A stretch of DNA of 64,000 nt. Source: Phycisphaerales bacterium (lineage in GTDB: Bacteria; Planctomycetota; Phycisphaerae; Phycisphaerales; UBA1924). This document shows, piece after piece, positions 20,773 to 29,395 of the stretch. The notes beneath the pieces are model-generated. The model worked only from the letters and a program-made list of their open reading frames with translations. It was not told the origin of the DNA and made no database searches. Position 1 is the stretch's first letter. Every line of letters begins with the position of its first letter. The stretch covers positions 2,400,001-2,464,000 of the forward strand of contig OZ245777.1 in assembly GCA_965227775.1 (NCBI GenBank), written 5' to 3'. The translations under genes and the position numbers were made by a program.

Positions 20773-21335
20773 GCGACCTGGAGCGAGAGGGCTTGACGGC
20801 GAGCCGGGCTGAGCTTGCTGCCCGGGCGGCGGCGCGGGAGCAGCGGAACAAGCCGCGCGGGTTCCTGTACCTTGGCGCGATCGTCCTGCTGGCCGGGCTG
20901 GTGTACATGATGTACGGTCGATCGGTCCTCGGCGGTGCGACTGACGACCGGCGTCGCGAGGTCAACACGGCGACGACCGTCGCGATGCAGGCCCTTCGGC
21001 TCGAACGGCATGAATCGGCTGAGGCCGCGCGGGGCGGAAGCACGCTAGATCCTGTCCCCAATTTTACGACGCTGGCGAACTCGGCCGCGCAGGTTGTTGG
21101 CCTGTCGCCCGCACCATCGCTGTCGAGCCAGCGACAGAATGACTTGGGCGACATCGTCGAGCAGATCTATCAGTATGAGCGCGTCACGAGCCGCGATCTC
21201 GAAGCGTTGATCGGTTGGGTGGCCGAGGTGCAGAAGATGGTCCCGGGAGCAGAGATCTCCAGGCTTGACCTTGTTCCGCAGCCTACCCAGTGGCAACTGT
21301 CCGTGACGTTTGTGAAGCCGGAGCTTTCTTCATGA
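20769..21335 (+). CDS. T2SS GspM/PilO-like protein
   Basis: N-terminal TM helix and ferredoxin-like C-terminus (LIGWVAEV..ISRLDL..WQLSVTF). GTGA overlap at 20769. Confidence 0.5.
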   Translation: MSDLEREGLTASRAELAARAAAREQRNKPRGFLYLGAIVLLAGLVYMMYGRSVLGGATDDRRREVNTATTVAMQALRLERHESAEAARGGSTLDPVPNFTTLANSAAQVVGLSPAPSLSSQRQNDLGDIVEQIYQYERVTSRDLEALIGWVAEVQKMVPGAEISRLDLVPQPTQWQLSVTFVKPELSS

Positions 21336-21967
21336 CCAACCGTGCGTTGGCCGTTGCCATCATCTCGTGTCTCTCGCTCGCCCTGGGGTGCGCAACGGAC
21401 AGTACCAAGCAGTTCAAGGAAGACCTCGGGGAGATTGTGCCCGACAACACGGCGCAGAAGCAAGCGGCCGTCCGCCGGGTCAACCAGGCGTACGTCGTCT
21501 ATCACGACAACGACCGCGAGGAAGCCAAGCGTGTCGAAGAAGCCAGAGAGCTTCTCGAGGAAGCGATCCGACTCGATCCCGGCTTTGCGACGGCGTACAT
21601 GAACCTGGGCGTGCTGTATCTCGAGAACCAGGACTTGGCGACCGCAGTCAAGCTGTTCCGCAGGGCCCAGCAGCTCATGCCAGGCGATTCGAGGCCGAGT
21701 TACCACCTTGGCGTTGCGTACTACAAGATGGGGCACGCACGAGAGGCGATCAACGCCCACTTGAATGCGATCAAGATCGACGAGTCGGACTTGCGAGCGG
21801 CGCGTGGGTTGACGCTGGCCTGCCGGAGCATCTATTACGCTGACGATACCACGCTGGAAACCCTGCGTCGCGCCGAGATGATGGAGCCAAGCGACGAGTG
21901 GCGCGAGATCATGTCTCGCGAGATCACACGGCAGAAGCGCAAGCTTGAGATGAGCCCCACCCGATGA
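21332..21967 (+). CDS. TPR-repeat lipoprotein (pilotin PilF/PilW-like)
   Basis: Lipobox LALGC and TPR motifs (AIRLDPGFATAYMNLGVLY; YHLGVAYYKMG). ATGA overlap. Confidence 0.75.
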   Translation: MTNRALAVAIISCLSLALGCATDSTKQFKEDLGEIVPDNTAQKQAAVRRVNQAYVVYHDNDREEAKRVEEARELLEEAIRLDPGFATAYMNLGVLYLENQDLATAVKLFRRAQQLMPGDSRPSYHLGVAYYKMGHAREAINAHLNAIKIDESDLRAARGLTLACRSIYYADDTTLETLRRAEMMEPSDEWREIMSREITRQKRKLEMSPTR

Positions 21968-22401
21968 GCGAAACAGAGACCAAGAAGAAGCCGAGCGGTG
22001 CCCGTCAGGTCTTGACGCTGCTCGTGGCACTGGGAATCTTCGCACTCGCGGCGGTGGTGATCTACCCGAAGCTGCAGGAGCGGACGCAAGGGCCGGTTCG
22101 GCTCGATGTTCTCAACGCGGCGGGTGTCCCGTTGAGCGGCTCGCAGATCTCGTTGCGTGTGCCCGCCGGCGAGAATCCCGGCCAGATCAGCGACGTCATC
22201 GAGGCTGGCAGGCTCCTGACGATCTACGAGGGCATGGGCCCGATCGACGTCGAGTCCATCACCTACGTATTCGGCGGCGACAGCTTGATCCAAACGCACG
22301 ATCTCGATTACACGATCGAGCCGGGTGGCGTTGTGGTCTTGCGTGTGACGCCCGATGGCGTCGAAGTCGACGCGTCGGAGATCGTCGCCGAATCTCCCTG
22401 A
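21964..22401 (+). CDS. Hypothetical membrane-anchored protein, last gene of the T2SS-like operon
   Basis: ATGA overlap, one N-terminal TM helix and a beta-rich domain. Confidence 0.65.
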   Translation: MSETETKKKPSGARQVLTLLVALGIFALAAVVIYPKLQERTQGPVRLDVLNAAGVPLSGSQISLRVPAGENPGQISDVIEAGRLLTIYEGMGPIDVESITYVFGGDSLIQTHDLDYTIEPGGVVVLRVTPDGVEVDASEIVAESP

Positions 22402-22410
22402 CCGACGCAA

Positions 22411-23868
22411 TCAGAGACGTTCAGCTGCGAGGCTCGCGAGCGTTGAGCGTTCGCTGCGCTGCAACATGACGTGGCCGACGAGCCCGAGCCCCTTCATCTT
22501 TTCAACGGCGTAGGACAGGCCGTTCGAGGAGCCGTCGAGGTATGGGTTGTCGATCTGGCCGATGTCGCCGGTAAGCACGAGCTTGGTGCCCTCGCCCACG
22601 CGGCTGGCAATGGTCTTGACCTCGTGGGGCGTGAGGTTCTGGGCCTCGTCGACGATCATGAACTGGTGGGGGATCGAGCGGCCGCGGATGTACGTGAGCG
22701 GTTCGAGCACGAGCTTGCCGTCCGCGATCATCTTGTCGATGCGTTGCTCGTTGGTGTGGCTGTCGGCAGCCTGCCCGTGCGCTCCACGAGTGCTAAGCAA
22801 GTACTCGAGGTTGTCGAAGATCGGCTGCATCCAGGCAAAGAGCTTCTCGTCCTTGTCGCCGGGCAGGAATCCGATGTCGCGGCCCATGGGCATGATGGGG
22901 CGTGCCACGAGCAGCTTATCGAAGCGGCCCTCCTGGAAGACCTTTGCCATGCCTGCTGCCAGCGCGAGCAGCGTCTTGCCGGTGCCAGCGCTGCCGAGCA
23001 GCGTGATCATCTGGATCTCGTCGTCCATGAGCAGGTCGAGCGCCATGGTCTGCTGCACGTTTCGCGCGAGCAAGCCGAATATGGGCTTGCGCGGTGGGCT
23101 GATGGGGATGAGGTGCTCGGTGTCCGCCAGGCGGCGTGCTAGGCCCGTGTGGTTTTCGTCCTGCTCGTCCTTGAGGAGAACGAACGCGTTCGGCAGGATC
23201 TCCTCTGGCTCGGCGGGCATCGTGGGATCGCTGTCGTCGTGGTCGGCGGCCAGCGCCTCGTGCACGGGTTCGAGGGGCAGCATGCGCTCGTCGTAGAGCT
23301 GGTCGATGAGGTGGCCCTCAACCGCAGCGGTGACGTAGCCGGTGTAGAGCCGATCGGCGTCGATCTTCTGATTCTGGAAGTCTTCTGTGGGGATGCCCAT
23401 CGCGTCGCTCTTGATGCGCGCGTTCAGATCCTTCGAAACGAAGACTGCGCGGTCGCCCTTGTCGTGCAGCTCCCACGCCACGGCGATGATGCGGTTGTCC
23501 TTGGTGTCTTCGGCGATGGCGTGCGGGCGGCTGGTGTCTGAGATCGCGATGCGGATGAGTCCGGTCGTGCCGTTGCCCGTCGAAGCGGCTGCGCCGGCTT
23601 GCGGGCTGGCGTCTCCCCATCGCACGCCCTCGGTGAGCGTGCCCTTGGCCCGGAGCCGATCGAGTCGGCGGATGACCTCGCGTGCGTTACGGCCGATGTC
23701 GTCTTCTTGCCGCTTGAGCTTGTCGAGCTCTTCGATCACGGCGAAGGGGATGATGACGTTGTTGTCCTGGAAGACGAACAGCGCATTTGGGTTGTGCAGC
23801 AGCACATTGGTGTCCAGGACGAACTGCTTGATCCCGGTGCGCTTCGGGCTGGCTTCGGTTGTTGGCAT
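22411..23868 (-). CDS. PhoH family protein (PIN-PhoH, PhoH2 type)
   Basis: PIN motif FVLDTNVLL, Walker A GSAGTGKT, GFLPGD, YIRGRS, IVDEAQN and GDIGQID. Confidence 0.93.
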   Translation of the reverse strand: MPTTEASPKRTGIKQFVLDTNVLLHNPNALFVFQDNNVIIPFAVIEELDKLKRQEDDIGRNAREVIRRLDRLRAKGTLTEGVRWGDASPQAGAAASTGNGTTGLIRIAISDTSRPHAIAEDTKDNRIIAVAWELHDKGDRAVFVSKDLNARIKSDAMGIPTEDFQNQKIDADRLYTGYVTAAVEGHLIDQLYDERMLPLEPVHEALAADHDDSDPTMPAEPEEILPNAFVLLKDEQDENHTGLARRLADTEHLIPISPPRKPIFGLLARNVQQTMALDLLMDDEIQMITLLGSAGTGKTLLALAAGMAKVFQEGRFDKLLVARPIMPMGRDIGFLPGDKDEKLFAWMQPIFDNLEYLLSTRGAHGQAADSHTNEQRIDKMIADGKLVLEPLTYIRGRSIPHQFMIVDEAQNLTPHEVKTIASRVGEGTKLVLTGDIGQIDNPYLDGSSNGLSYAVEKMKGLGLVGHVMLQRSERSTLASLAAERL

Positions 23869-23903
23869 GCGATCTCTCTCGTTCTCTCTCGCGTTCTAGA
23901 AGG

Positions 23904-24440
23904 CTACCAGGTAGACCACGCGGCAATGACGAGCAGCGTGGCACAGATGATGGACAGGACGAACTTCACGACGATTGCTGCAAACCAGCCGGCCGAGGCT
24001 CCGGCGCCAACCTTGGCGGATTGCTTCCAGGTTTCTTCCTGACCCGTTCGATGGACGAGCATCGCGGCGACGCCCGCGCCGACGGCCCCGCCCAGAAGCG
24101 TGCCCACGATGGGGAGCACGAACGAGCCGGCGATGGCCCCGATGATGCCGCCCCCGAATGCTGCGATCATCGCGCGGCGGGTTCCGCCCATGCGCTTGGC
24201 TCCCAAGACGCCTGCGGTCCAATCGACGACATCGGAGGCAAGTGTGCACGCCATGATGAATCCGAAGACCCACCACGACACGATCGGGTTGTTGCCCGGC
24301 CAGTAGCCCAGCCAGTAGCCAATGAGGTTGGCGAGCAGGGTGACCAGCGTCAGCAGCCAGAGCCCCGGCAAGCTTACAAGAACGATGGCTGGCCCGATCA
24401 GGGCGGCCACGGTGAGCACGATGGCAAAGGCAATCCAGAT
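23904..24440 (-). CDS. DUF456 family membrane protein
   Basis: LPGLWL, GAKRMGGTRRA and PIVGTLLGGAVGA. Start is either GTG 24419 or a non-canonical ATC at 24440 (see findings). Confidence 0.8.
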   Translation of the reverse strand: MWIAFAIVLTVAALIGPAIVLVSLPGLWLLTLVTLLANLIGYWLGYWPGNNPIVSWWVFGFIMACTLASDVVDWTAGVLGAKRMGGTRRAMIAAFGGGIIGAIAGSFVLPIVGTLLGGAVGAGVAAMLVHRTGQEETWKQSAKVGAGASAGWFAAIVVKFVLSIICATLLVIAAWSTW

Positions 24441-24467
24441 GCGTGCGCTCCGACGTGTGGGGCGGGG

Positions 24468-25379
24468 CTAAGGGGTCTTGCCTGATTCTTGGGATTCGTC
24501 GGGCTCGGTGTTTGACTGATCGGCCGCCGGCTCGTCTGCTTGGGAACTCGAGGCATCATCGGGCGTGGACTCGGCCTGCTCGGGGAAGCGCTCGCGCTCC
24601 ATCTCGAGAATCCAGTCTTCGACGCCTTGGTGGCGGTAGAGATCGACCTTGATGTTCTTGCCTGCGTGCGTGGGGTGGGTCTCGTTGAGGTGCAGCACGA
24701 CGTAGAACTTGTGCCACTGGCTCTTGTCGAACTCGGCGACGTGCTCGGGCTTCACCTCGATGCCGCCCGGCAGCGTGACACGCTTGGCATCCGGGTCCCA
24801 GGCGTAGCGCGTGCCGACGGCGCGGAAGAGGCCGTAAGCGAAGTACAGGCCCAGGCCCGCGCCGACGAGGAAGATCGGGTACTGGGCCATGATGTCAAAC
24901 CTGCTGCGACGCTTTGGCGCATTGCCGCGGTCGACGTCACCCCAGGTCTCGCGCAATGCGGCCAGACGCTCGAAGGCCGAACCAATCTGGCCCTCGGCGG
25001 CGTTGTCTCTGGGGTACTGCGTGTACTGCGGATCGAGTCGGTTGACGATGCTCAGCGCGTCGAGCCAGTTGCCACGCACGTCGTTGACGGTCGCGGGATT
25101 GCGGTTATAGCTTGGGTTGCCCAAACGGTCGTAGGTCTCGACGGGGTCGGGAATGCTCGCGACGCCAAGGTTCGCGCCGGCCGACGCCGCCGGGGGCGGG
25201 TTGTCGAGGAAGTCGAGGTACTCCCATTCGGCCCACTCGGCAAACCTGACGGCCTGAGCCGGATAGAGGATGAAGCCGTCGTAAAAGCCCCAGACGCCTA
25301 GGCCTGAAACGAGGACGGTGAGGATGACCTGCTTGATCCAGTATCGCGGACTGAGCTTGGCGTGCTGGGTCTGGGCCAT
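24468..25379 (-). CDS. Hypothetical membrane protein (two TM segments)
   Basis: GGAG RBS, coding-like codon use and two hydrophobic segments. Confidence 0.75.
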   Translation of the reverse strand: MAQTQHAKLSPRYWIKQVILTVLVSGLGVWGFYDGFILYPAQAVRFAEWAEWEYLDFLDNPPPAASAGANLGVASIPDPVETYDRLGNPSYNRNPATVNDVRGNWLDALSIVNRLDPQYTQYPRDNAAEGQIGSAFERLAALRETWGDVDRGNAPKRRSRFDIMAQYPIFLVGAGLGLYFAYGLFRAVGTRYAWDPDAKRVTLPGGIEVKPEHVAEFDKSQWHKFYVVLHLNETHPTHAGKNIKVDLYRHQGVEDWILEMERERFPEQAESTPDDASSSQADEPAADQSNTEPDESQESGKTP

Positions 25380-25421
25380 GGGTTCTCCGTGCGATGCGAG
25401 CGAGGCGATTCGGACCCGGCC

Positions 25422-25730
25422 CTACGCGTCGGGCGAGGAGGAGTCCATGGAGCGAAAGGTATCGTGCCACCACTGATCGGCCCACGAGCGCCCCAGGGGG
25501 GTATCGGTCAGGCGGTCGAATCCGCCCGAATCGACCCGGATCGAGGGGATGGTTGGGTAGCGGCGGGGGTGCTTGATTGCTCGATTCAGCCACCGCTCGT
25601 GCGTCAGCCGGAACGCCTCGGCGAGCGAATGGGGACGCTGGCGCTTTGGGAGTGGTTCGGGCGTCATCTGCTGGTCATTGTACCGATTGGCCCGCAACGG
25701 GTTGGGTGGTTTGGGCCATGCCCATGTCAT
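25422..25730 (-). CDS. Small hypothetical protein
   Basis: Fills the gap between co-oriented genes with protein-like composition. Start may be ATG 25667. Confidence 0.55.
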   Translation of the reverse strand: MTWAWPKPPNPLRANRYNDQQMTPEPLPKRQRPHSLAEAFRLTHERWLNRAIKHPRRYPTIPSIRVDSGGFDRLTDTPLGRSWADQWWHDTFRSMDSSSPDA

Positions 25731-25760
25731 CGGCTCGATGGTGGGCTCAGCCGAGGGAGA

Positions 25761-26909
25761 TCAGGCGTGCGGAGCCGTCCGGCCGCGCCAGGATCGCTTG
25801 CCCGAGCGGTGGAGGCGATAGCTGTCCCACTGCACGAGCGTCATCGCCAGCACGCCCAACGGGTGCAGGAGTGCGGTCAGCGCGGGCAACTTGAGCCTCG
25901 CTGCGAGCAGGAGTCGCTGGACAGTGTGTGCGGCGATGCAGAGCAGCGCCAGGACCATCGCGAGCGAGAATGCCTCGCCCAGGGCCAGCAAGACCACGGC
26001 CGCGACCCAGGGCAGGAGATGGCCGACGAGGTGCATGACGGTCAGGAACACGAGCAGGCCCACGGAGCCCAGGCCCTCGAACGCGTTCTTGGCAAAGCCC
26101 TTCCAGGTGCTCTTGAGGTCGTGGTACATGCGGACGGAGGCAAGCGCGGTTCCATCGAAAAGATCCGTCCGATAACCAGAAGCCCGTGCTTCCCTGGGCA
26201 TCTTCACGCCGTCGTGCATCGTGTCCTTGAACGCCACGTGGCCGCCGAACGCGTCGTAGCAAGCTCGGCTGACCAGGATGAACTGGCCACACGCGGCGGA
26301 TGTGGCGGGATCGGTGGTGGACCGCATCCGGCTCATGGGCAGATAGCTGAAGAGGATGAAGAAGATCATGGGGACGACCAGCAACTCGGCGGGGGATCGA
26401 ACGATCTGCCGCGGGAAGGTCGAGAGAAGGCCGAGCTTCGCCTCGCGATCGTCGAGAGATCGCCACGCAGCGAGCGTCTTGGCGATCGCGTCGGGCTCGA
26501 AGCGGACATCGGCATCGGTGAAGAGCAGCAGATCGCCAGTTGCTTGCTGGGCGCACCTCCAGCAGGCGTGCTGCTTGCCATTCCAGCCCTCGGGCAGGGA
26601 GACTGACTCGACTTGCCGGACGCGATCTTCCTCATCGGCAAGCTTCGCGAGGATCTGCGGCGTGGCGTCGGTGCTCTGGTCGTCGTAAACGAGGATCTCG
26701 ATGTCTCGATGAGTCGATGCAAGCAGCGATCGAACGCAGGCCTCGATGTTTGCCTCTTCGTCGCGTGCGGGAATGCAGACGCTGACCTTCCGATCGGAGG
26801 ACTCGGCGTCCGCTGGAGGGCGCTGGTAGACTCCGAGGTTCGCAATGGTCAGCGCCAGCGCACCGATCGAGATGAGCAGCGCAATCGATAGCAGGACGAC
26901 GAGTATCAC
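25761..26909 (-). CDS. Glycosyltransferase family 2 (CrtQ-like carotenoid glycosyltransferase)
   Basis: VSVCIPARDEE, DDQSTD, GWNGKQHAC, FTDAD, CGQF and RMY..WKGFAKN, adjacent to a Crt oxidase. Confidence 0.85.
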   Translation of the reverse strand: MILVVLLSIALLISIGALALTIANLGVYQRPPADAESSDRKVSVCIPARDEEANIEACVRSLLASTHRDIEILVYDDQSTDATPQILAKLADEEDRVRQVESVSLPEGWNGKQHACWRCAQQATGDLLLFTDADVRFEPDAIAKTLAAWRSLDDREAKLGLLSTFPRQIVRSPAELLVVPMIFFILFSYLPMSRMRSTTDPATSAACGQFILVSRACYDAFGGHVAFKDTMHDGVKMPREARASGYRTDLFDGTALASVRMYHDLKSTWKGFAKNAFEGLGSVGLLVFLTVMHLVGHLLPWVAAVVLLALGEAFSLAMVLALLCIAAHTVQRLLLAARLKLPALTALLHPLGVLAMTLVQWDSYRLHRSGKRSWRGRTAPHA

Positions 26910-27721
26910 GAGCTCGGTTCCGTTCGCGGCTTGTGCGACTCGATCGTGGCCTGTCGCCCCGTCAGCCGAAGGATGGCGTCATAGATCGGGTTTACGCCGG
27001 AGGCGCCCCGGCCCAGGATGGTCTCGAATGAGGCGGGATCGCGGGCGATCGAGGCCGCGGCGAGTTCGTGCATCGCATCATCGAGTGACTCGACCATGCA
27101 GCGTTGCCAGTGGCTCGTGGTCGAGCGTTCGGGTGGGCGGCACGTCTTGGCGAGCAAGAGTACCTCCGGCTTTCGATCTTCCCAGAACGTGAACTCGATG
27201 GCGAGGCTCACCACGCGTAGTGAGTTGCCAGTTGAACCGAGCCGCGATGCGATTGCGGCAGCGCCGGGGCGCAGCTCCAGTGGTGCTCGTACGTCAGCGA
27301 AGCCGCCTTGGGGCGTGATCCAGAAGCTCGGTCGCGGGTTCGAGGCAGCAAGCTCACCGGCGTACTTGACCAAGGCCTTGAACGCGGCTGGATCATCCAG
27401 ATCGACGCCGAAGAGTCCGAGCTTGCGCATGAATTTGAACTGCTCGACCATTGCCCGGTCCATCGGCGCAAACACCTGACGATTGCGCGCGTAGAGATCC
27501 GCGAGCGATGCGGTCAGGATCGGGTCCCACCAGCTTTGGTGGTTCAGGAGAAGCATCGTCGGGCCATCGTGAGAATCGAGATCGGCGAGCACGCGATCTC
27601 CGCCACGTGCGAGGCGCATGGCGTTGAAGTTCTTGCGTATGAGCCTGCTGGCATACCAGCGGAAGAGCCGGCAGAACCACGCTCGGCGATCGTGCGGCAG
27701 GATGGCCGGCGGAGCGTCCAC
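26906..27721 (-). CDS. Lysophospholipid acyltransferase family protein (PlsC-like)
   Basis: NHQSWWD (HxxxxD) and WITPQG motifs. Confidence 0.85.
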   Translation of the reverse strand: MDAPPAILPHDRRAWFCRLFRWYASRLIRKNFNAMRLARGGDRVLADLDSHDGPTMLLLNHQSWWDPILTASLADLYARNRQVFAPMDRAMVEQFKFMRKLGLFGVDLDDPAAFKALVKYAGELAASNPRPSFWITPQGGFADVRAPLELRPGAAAIASRLGSTGNSLRVVSLAIEFTFWEDRKPEVLLLAKTCRPPERSTTSHWQRCMVESLDDAMHELAAASIARDPASFETILGRGASGVNPIYDAILRLTGRQATIESHKPRTEPSS

Positions 27722-27728
27722 GATGGTT

Positions 27729-29345
27729 CTACGCGGTTGCGGCCAGCTGCCCGGCGGCGTCGTGCTGCTCGGCTTGCGGATCGATGCCGTAGTCCTCGCA
27801 CAACGACCACGCCGCGGTGACGCCGCTCATGAGCACCATGGGCACGCCTGGGCCCGGGTTCACGCTGCCACCCGCCAGATAGAGGTTGTCGAGCACCTTC
27901 GAGCGGTTTCGCGGCTTGAATCCGCCCTTGAGCCGGCCGTGCGATGCGAGTCCATAGATCGCTCCGCCGGTGGCATTGTACATGTGCTCGATCTGCGGCG
28001 GCGTGAGGTATCGCTCGACGGCGATGTGGTCCTCGATGTCTTCCATCCCGTGGTGCTTGAGCTTGTCGATGACGACGGGGCGATAGTCGACGAGCGTCTT
28101 GCCTGGCTTGCCACCGCGCTCGAGCCACTGGTGCTCGTCGGTGAGCGCAGCCGTGTGGATGAGGATGTAAAACGCCTCGCCGCCCTCTGGTGCCTGATCC
28201 GAGTCGGTGCGCGAGGGAGCGGCGATGTAGAGCGTGGGGTCGCGAGCAGGAATGCCCTTGCGATAGATGTCGTCAAACTCCTGGTGGCTGTCGCGCGAGA
28301 ACAGGAAGTTATGGTGCGCCAGATGGTCGTACTGCTTCCGCAGGCCGAGGTAGAGCACCAGCCCGCTGCAAGCCGGCTTGTAGTTGCCAGCGATGCGGCG
28401 GCGTTCGAGCGCTGCGCCGTCGGCACCCTCGAGCAGATCCCCGTAGGTCCGCTGCACGTCGCAGTTGGAGATGACGGCCGAACCCGTGATCTCGCGGCCG
28501 TCATCGAGCTGGACGCCCGTGGCGACGCCGCCGGAGCTCAAGATTTTGGCTACGCGATGTCCGGTGACGCGCTCGACGCCCAGTTCGTCGGCGATGCGGT
28601 CGAGCGATCGCGCGACCATGCGCGTGCCGCCCATCGGATACCAGCAGCCATGGTCGAGCTGGGCCGACGCGATGAGGCTGAGCACGGCCGGGGCCATGAA
28701 GGGGCTCGAGCCAACGTATTGCAGGAAGTGCTCGCACACCTGGCGCACGTGCGGCTCGGGAATCATCTTCTCGATCGTGGCACCCACCGTGGAATGCAGG
28801 CGCATGGCCATCGCGTCCTTCGCGACGCCGGGCTCGGTGGGTGGCTTCTTGATCATGTCGCCGATGCCGCCAAGGTCCTTGTAGAAGAAGACCTTCTCAC
28901 TCAGGCGGTACATCCGCTGGCTGAAGTTGTAGAACTTGAGCAACCCAGCTCCGGGCTTGGACTCAGGGAATTGCTCGTCCATCTCGCGGGCCCACTGCTG
29001 CGGGTCTCGTCGCAGGTCGATGCTGGTGCCGTCGTCGAAGAAGCAGCGCCATTGTGGGTCGAGATCGATCAGATCGATGTAGTCCGACGGCCGCCGGCCC
29101 GTACGGGAGATGATTCCCTTGAGAACCTGGGGCATCGTGATGATGGTGGGGCCCATGTCGAAGGTGAAGCCGTCTTCTTCGAGCAGGTTCATCTTGCCGC
29201 CAAGGTGGTTGTTGGCGTCGATGATGGTGATGGGAATGCCCTTGCCGGCAAGCTCGACGGCAGAAGACAGGCCCGCAAGCCCGCCGCCGACAATCACGAC
29301 GCCGCCATCCTTCAGTTGCTCGATCGAACGGTTGGGATCACCCAT
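27729..29345 (-). CDS. Phytoene desaturase family FAD oxidoreductase, CrtP (diapocarotenoid oxidase)-like
   Basis: GGGLAG FAD motif, GFTFDMGPT, YVGSSP..APAVL and GGSVNPGPGVPMVLMSG. Confidence 0.85.
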   Translation of the reverse strand: MGDPNRSIEQLKDGGVVIVGGGLAGLSSAVELAGKGIPITIIDANNHLGGKMNLLEEDGFTFDMGPTIITMPQVLKGIISRTGRRPSDYIDLIDLDPQWRCFFDDGTSIDLRRDPQQWAREMDEQFPESKPGAGLLKFYNFSQRMYRLSEKVFFYKDLGGIGDMIKKPPTEPGVAKDAMAMRLHSTVGATIEKMIPEPHVRQVCEHFLQYVGSSPFMAPAVLSLIASAQLDHGCWYPMGGTRMVARSLDRIADELGVERVTGHRVAKILSSGGVATGVQLDDGREITGSAVISNCDVQRTYGDLLEGADGAALERRRIAGNYKPACSGLVLYLGLRKQYDHLAHHNFLFSRDSHQEFDDIYRKGIPARDPTLYIAAPSRTDSDQAPEGGEAFYILIHTAALTDEHQWLERGGKPGKTLVDYRPVVIDKLKHHGMEDIEDHIAVERYLTPPQIEHMYNATGGAIYGLASHGRLKGGFKPRNRSKVLDNLYLAGGSVNPGPGVPMVLMSGVTAAWSLCEDYGIDPQAEQHDAAGQLAATA

Positions 29346-29395
29346 GAACGGCCTCCTGCGGCAGCGGCCAGTCCTTGGTCACTGCGTATGCAAGT

